The notes beneath the pieces are model-generated. The model was not told the origin of the DNA. It made no database searches and saw only the letters and a program-made list of their open reading frames with translations. A stretch of DNA of 64,000 bases from an uncultured Lachnospiraceae bacterium. GTDB lineage: Bacteria > Bacillota > Clostridia > Lachnospirales > Lachnospiraceae. Positions 60,869-64,000 of this stretch are shown piece after piece (positions within the stretch are counted from its first letter, which is position 1; each line of letters starts with the position of its first letter). The stretch covers positions 34,207-98,206 of the forward strand of contig CAKRJY010000009.1 of assembly GCA_934352055.1 (NCBI GenBank), in the 5' to 3' direction. Position numbers and translations under genes: made by a program.

Positions 60869-60919
60869 CCATGAAAAACGGATTTTTCATGGGGACAAAC
60901 CAAAACAAACACACGGAGG
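60869..60919 (+). promoter_or_regulatory. flagellin 5' leader: 10-bp hairpin with a GGA loop plus a GGA-containing SD (CsrA-type sites)
   Basis: ccatgaaaaa-CGGA-tttttcatgg (60869-60892) and acaCGGAGGt (60914-60919). Confidence 0.45.
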
Positions 60920-60927
60920 TAAATATT

Positions 60928-62439
60928 ATGGTTGTTCAACACAATATGCAGGCAGCAAATGCCTCAAGAATGCTTAACATTACAGCAGGTCAGCAGGCTA
61001 AGTCAACAGAGAAACTTTCTTCAGGTTATAGAATTAACCGCGCAGCAGATGATGCAGCAGGTCTTTCTATTTCTGAAAAGATGCGTAAGCAGATTCGTGG
61101 TCTTGATCAGGCTTCTACAAACGCACAGGATGGTGTATCTGCAGTACAGACAGCTGAAGGTGCTTTGACAGAAGTTCACTCAATGCTTCAGAGAATGAAC
61201 GAACTTTCAGTACAGGCTTCTAATGGAACAAACTCAAAGACAGATAGAGATGCTATCCAGTCAGAAATTGAACAGTTAACAACAGAAATCGATCGTGTTG
61301 CTGAAACAACAAAGTTCAACGAAACATACCTTTTGAAGGGTGATGCTGATGGCAAAAAGTCTTCTACAACAATCAATGCACATGATGCCGGCTTAAAGGG
61401 AACTTTAACAAATGTTGGTACAGGAACAGCTACTTTCAAGCTTGATAAAGAATTAGCAAATGATGACAAGGTAACGATTGGTGGTAAGGAATATACGATT
61501 GATACTACTAAGGCAGATACAGCTGTTGTAAAGCAGCCAACAAGTGCTGCAATCACACAAGAAACTGCAGGTGCAGCTGGCGCTAAAGCCAAATACAAAC
61601 TTGATTTGGCTGGTATGACAAGTACAGCCGGTGATGTAACCTTTAATATTGGCGGCAAAGATTATAAAGTAACTGTTGCTGCCGGAGATGATGCTGCTGC
61701 AATCGCAGGAAAATTAAAAGCAGCATATGCCGCTGATGAAATTACCGCTAATGCAACTGCCGGCAAATACAAGGCAACTGCTACTGGCACTGCTATCACA
61801 TTTGAAGCGGAAAATAATGGTGTCATTGCAGCTGGTGAAGCATTAACAGGAACAGCTACAATCGCTGCAGTAGAAAATGGCACAAATGAAATCAGTATAA
61901 ATGATGCTTACAACATGATGGCTAAAGAGTTGGAAACAGCTAGCAGCCTTGGAGCAGATACTGGTGCTACCGTAACTAATAACGGCAATGGTTCTTTCAC
62001 CATCGCTGAAGGAAGTGCTGCTATCACAGCTTCCTTGTCTTTCAACTTGCATGTTGGTTCTGATGCAGATATGACAAACAAGATTAATGTTGATATCAAC
62101 ACAATGAATTCTTCATATCTTGGAATCAAAGGATTAGATGTTTCTGATAAGACAGGTACAGCTGCAACATATGCAATTGATGCTATTGCTGATGCTTTAC
62201 AGAAGGTTTCTGATCAGAGATCTAGTCTTGGTGCTATCCAGAACCGTCTTGAGCACACAATCGACAACTTGGATAACGTTGTTGAAAACACAACCTCTGC
62301 TGAATCACGTATCCGCGATACAGATATGGCTGATGAAATGGTTAAGTACTCTAAGAATAACATTCTTCAGCAGGCAGGACAGTCAATGCTTGCTCAGGCT
62401 AACCAGTCTACACAGGGTGTTCTTTCATTACTTCAGTAA
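60928..62439 (+). CDS. flagellin (503 aa)
   Basis: True start is MVVQHNMQ at 60928; the track ORF begins upstream at 60871. The first ~120 and last ~95 residues are near-identical to the left flagellin. The central ~290 residues are unrelated and A/T/G-rich. Confidence 0.95.
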   Translation: MVVQHNMQAANASRMLNITAGQQAKSTEKLSSGYRINRAADDAAGLSISEKMRKQIRGLDQASTNAQDGVSAVQTAEGALTEVHSMLQRMNELSVQASNGTNSKTDRDAIQSEIEQLTTEIDRVAETTKFNETYLLKGDADGKKSSTTINAHDAGLKGTLTNVGTGTATFKLDKELANDDKVTIGGKEYTIDTTKADTAVVKQPTSAAITQETAGAAGAKAKYKLDLAGMTSTAGDVTFNIGGKDYKVTVAAGDDAAAIAGKLKAAYAADEITANATAGKYKATATGTAITFEAENNGVIAAGEALTGTATIAAVENGTNEISINDAYNMMAKELETASSLGADTGATVTNNGNGSFTIAEGSAAITASLSFNLHVGSDADMTNKINVDINTMNSSYLGIKGLDVSDKTGTAATYAIDAIADALQKVSDQRSSLGAIQNRLEHTIDNLDNVVENTTSAESRIRDTDMADEMVKYSKNNILQQAGQSMLAQANQSTQGVLSLLQ

Positions 62440-62507
62440 TCTAGGTTTTTCGTAAATATCTTTTGATGATTTGCGATGCTGATTTGTAATAAATGAGCAC
62501 AAAACAA

Positions 62508-62550
62508 GAGGTCGCAGGGATTTAAAAATCAAATCCCTGCGACCTCTTTT
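62508..62550 (+). terminator. terminator of the right flagellin gene (GAGGTCGCAGGGATTT hairpin family)
   Basis: gaggtcgcagggattt-N7-aaatccctgcgacctc followed by tttt. Confidence 0.7.
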
Positions 62551-62564
62551 AATTGGTATGAAAG

Positions 62565-62664
62565 CAAGTTGGTATGGGTATGAAGTCAAGAAAAACAAGC
62601 CTAATACCCATAGAATCAAGTTGGCATGGGTATGAAGTTAAGAAAACCAAGTCTAATACCCATA
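62565..62664 (+). repeat. two tandem 52-bp-period units, each a hairpin (tatgggtat-N21-atacccata)
   Basis: caagttggtatgggtatgaagtcaagaaaaacaagcctaatacccata / caagttggcatgggtatgaagttaagaaaaccaagtctaatacccata. Present only in the right arm. Confidence 0.75.
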
Positions 62665-62843
62665 CAAACATATTTTTCTCCAAGTGACTTGCAATTTACA
62701 AGCCATTTTGTTATGCTAGATGCACTTTCTAGGAATTCTCCGGTCAGTTCGACCAATGTTTCCATGAATGTATACATACAAATTTATATTTTTAGGCAGA
62801 CAGGTCGATTTTACTATCTGGTACTGCCGGAAAGAGAGGCATT

Positions 62844-63797
62844 ATGAAGCAAAAGAAAACTTTGCAGGACTTAAGTCTGATTGACAACTTTTTATTTGGT
62901 GCCATGATGACGGACCCAGATGTTGGCATTCCCTTTTCAAGGAAGTTGATTAAACTTATTTTAGGGAAAGAAATAGCAGACATTCAGATCACACCGCAAA
63001 AGGTATTTTATGGAGTGGACACCGATATGCACGGCGCCAGATTAGATGTGTATATTGAAGAGACGGTGAACCCGGATGGGCAAACAGAGGAAATGGCGCA
63101 GATTATCGAGGATGATTCTTCGATTTTTGATATTGAACCTGAGAAAAATCATGATACAATATCAATAGAAGGACTTCCTAAGCGAGTCCGGTTTTACCAT
63201 GCGAAGATAGATAATGCAGCACTTCCTAGCGGAGAGGATTATCGGAAACTCAAAAAGGTATATGTGATTTTCATCACACCATTTGATCCCTTTGGATATA
63301 ATCGGATGGTTTACACAATCAAAAATTATTGTGTCGAGCAACCGGATATGGAATATGAGGATGGAGCAATGACAATTTTTTTATATACGAAGGGAAGCGT
63401 TGGGAATTATTCTGAGGATTTACAGAAATTTCTCACATACTTTGAAGAGTCCACAGACGAAAACGCAGTGACAGATGACTTGCGGGAATTACAGAGCATG
63501 GTATCTCAGATAAAAGATAACAGAAAGGTAGGACTGAGTTATATGAGAGCATATGAAGAAAAAGAACTACTGAAGAGAATATACCATAATCAAGGACTGG
63601 AAGAAGGACTCGAAGCAGGGCGCAGACAGCAGATGATTTCTGTGATCATGCAACAGATAAACCGAGGAAAAAGTACGGGTCAGATAGCAGAACTCTTTGA
63701 TATGGATGTTGCTGAAGTTCAAAGAGTTTATGATGTTGGCAAGAAATATGCACCGGATTATGATTTAGATGCCATTTATAAGGAATTGTGTTCATAA
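62844..63797 (+). CDS. Rpn-family (PD-(D/E)xK, TIGR01784-like) recombination-promoting nuclease / putative transposase
   Basis: 317 aa. More than 95% identical by eye to the 56945..57910 product. Confidence 0.65.
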   Translation: MKQKKTLQDLSLIDNFLFGAMMTDPDVGIPFSRKLIKLILGKEIADIQITPQKVFYGVDTDMHGARLDVYIEETVNPDGQTEEMAQIIEDDSSIFDIEPEKNHDTISIEGLPKRVRFYHAKIDNAALPSGEDYRKLKKVYVIFITPFDPFGYNRMVYTIKNYCVEQPDMEYEDGAMTIFLYTKGSVGNYSEDLQKFLTYFEESTDENAVTDDLRELQSMVSQIKDNRKVGLSYMRAYEEKELLKRIYHNQGLEEGLEAGRRQQMISVIMQQINRGKSTGQIAELFDMDVAEVQRVYDVGKKYAPDYDLDAIYKELCS

Positions 63798-63813
63798 GAC
63801 ATGCAATAAATTA

Positions 63814-63862
63814 GAGGTCGCAGGGATTTACAAATCCCCACGACCTCTTTCTTTCTCTTTTT
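63814..63862 (+). terminator. terminator (third full copy of the GAGGTCGCAGGGATTT hairpin)
   Basis: gaggtcgcagggattt-ac-aaatccccacgacctc followed by tttctttctcttttt. Confidence 0.6.
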
Positions 63863-63913
63863 CTTTATACGCTTATGCCCTATACTGGCTTATTCTTAGC
63901 ACCCACGACCATC

Positions 63914-64000
63914 CTACATATCCCAGTCTGCCTGTCTTGTATGTAAGAGTTCGTGCGATTTATGAGACAATGGTTCTCCTAAGAATTTATCATAAATCTG
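63914..64000 (-). CDS. possible 3' end of a minus-strand gene entering from the right edge
   Basis: Only one reverse frame is open to base 64000 (...QIYDKFLGEPLSHKSHELLHTRQADWDM*). Too short to identify. Confidence 0.25.
   Translation of the reverse strand, partial: QIYDKFLGEPLSHKSHELLHTRQADWDM

Larger units (their letters stand above)
60758..63847. repeat. right arm of the large inverted duplication
   Basis: See the left arm. It carries an extra insertion of about 130 bp (62550-62680) that is absent from the left arm. Confidence 0.85.

Noticed and set aside
60871-60927. The upstream extension (MKNGFFMGTNQNKHTEVNI) of the right flagellin ORF.
   Set aside because: It covers the leader hairpin and the SD. 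The paralogue and all flagellins of this type start at MVVQHNMQ, which has a GGAGG 8 nt upstream.
1-64000. A search for CRISPR arrays, tRNA/rRNA genes, IS elements with terminal inverted repeats, prophage modules, and toxin-antitoxin or restriction-modification/defence genes.
   Set aside because: None were found. There are no regularly spaced direct repeats, no tRNA-like cloverleaf sequences in any intergenic gap, and no transposase. The only recombination genes are the tyrosine recombinase and the Rpn-like pair described above.

Overview
This 64 kb window looks like chromosomal DNA from a motile, low-GC Gram-positive anaerobe. Lachnospiraceae-type flagellins, SPKTG cell-wall sorting signals and class III RNR support that; the taxon is my inference. 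Most genes are on the minus strand. There is no rRNA, tRNA or CRISPR.

Left to right:
- 1-3.4 kb: a partial M29-like aminopeptidase, two small membrane genes and pyrE.
- 3.8-12 kb: a glycoside-utilisation locus (GH78 rhamnosidase, GPH symporter, AraC regulator, GH2) containing an SGNH-esterase relic.
- 12.4-17.1 kb: a surface-protein / CxxC-lipoprotein / membrane-LuxR unit that abuts an aldehyde-dehydrogenase relic.
- 17.3-19.4 kb: an M15 D-Ala-D-Ala peptidase plus L,D-transpeptidase pair.
- 19.4-23.7 kb: two large SPKTG-anchored proteins.
- 24.0-31.3 kb: a 2430-aa NRPS (C-A-T-C-A-T-R) with divergent XRE regulators.
- 32.2-40.2 kb: GNAT, a degenerate GGDEF protein, pyrDKFC, and nrdD fused to a redoxin domain.
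- 40.5-44 kb: a TPR lipoprotein, an amidase-SPOR protein and a CNNM transporter.
- 44.1-51.2 kb: a nine-gene Tad/archaeal-like type IV filament operon.
- 51.5-56.4 kb: ppiB, a hypothetical protein and an ECF transporter.
- 56.5-63.9 kb: a ~2.9 kb-armed inverted duplication (Rpn-like nuclease gene plus flagellin gene in each arm) flanking a ~1 kb core.

Two candidates stand out as undescribed biology:
1. The filament operon. It includes three sub-60-aa ORFs absent from the ORF track and six pilin-like proteins sharing an N-terminal [DE][VI]x..YG-helix signature. It ends in a 954-aa beta-helix protein. No prepilin peptidase or TadZ is present.
2. The flagellin module. Its core encodes a FimB-sized tyrosine recombinase, is bounded by 24-bp palindromes, and carries an outward-facing promoter. 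This suggests a two-flagellin inversion switch.

The NRPS fits the known gut-Clostridia dipeptide-aldehyde family, but it has a 547-bp perfectly identical tract in both A domains.

All calls come from reading the sequence and motifs by eye. No database search was run.
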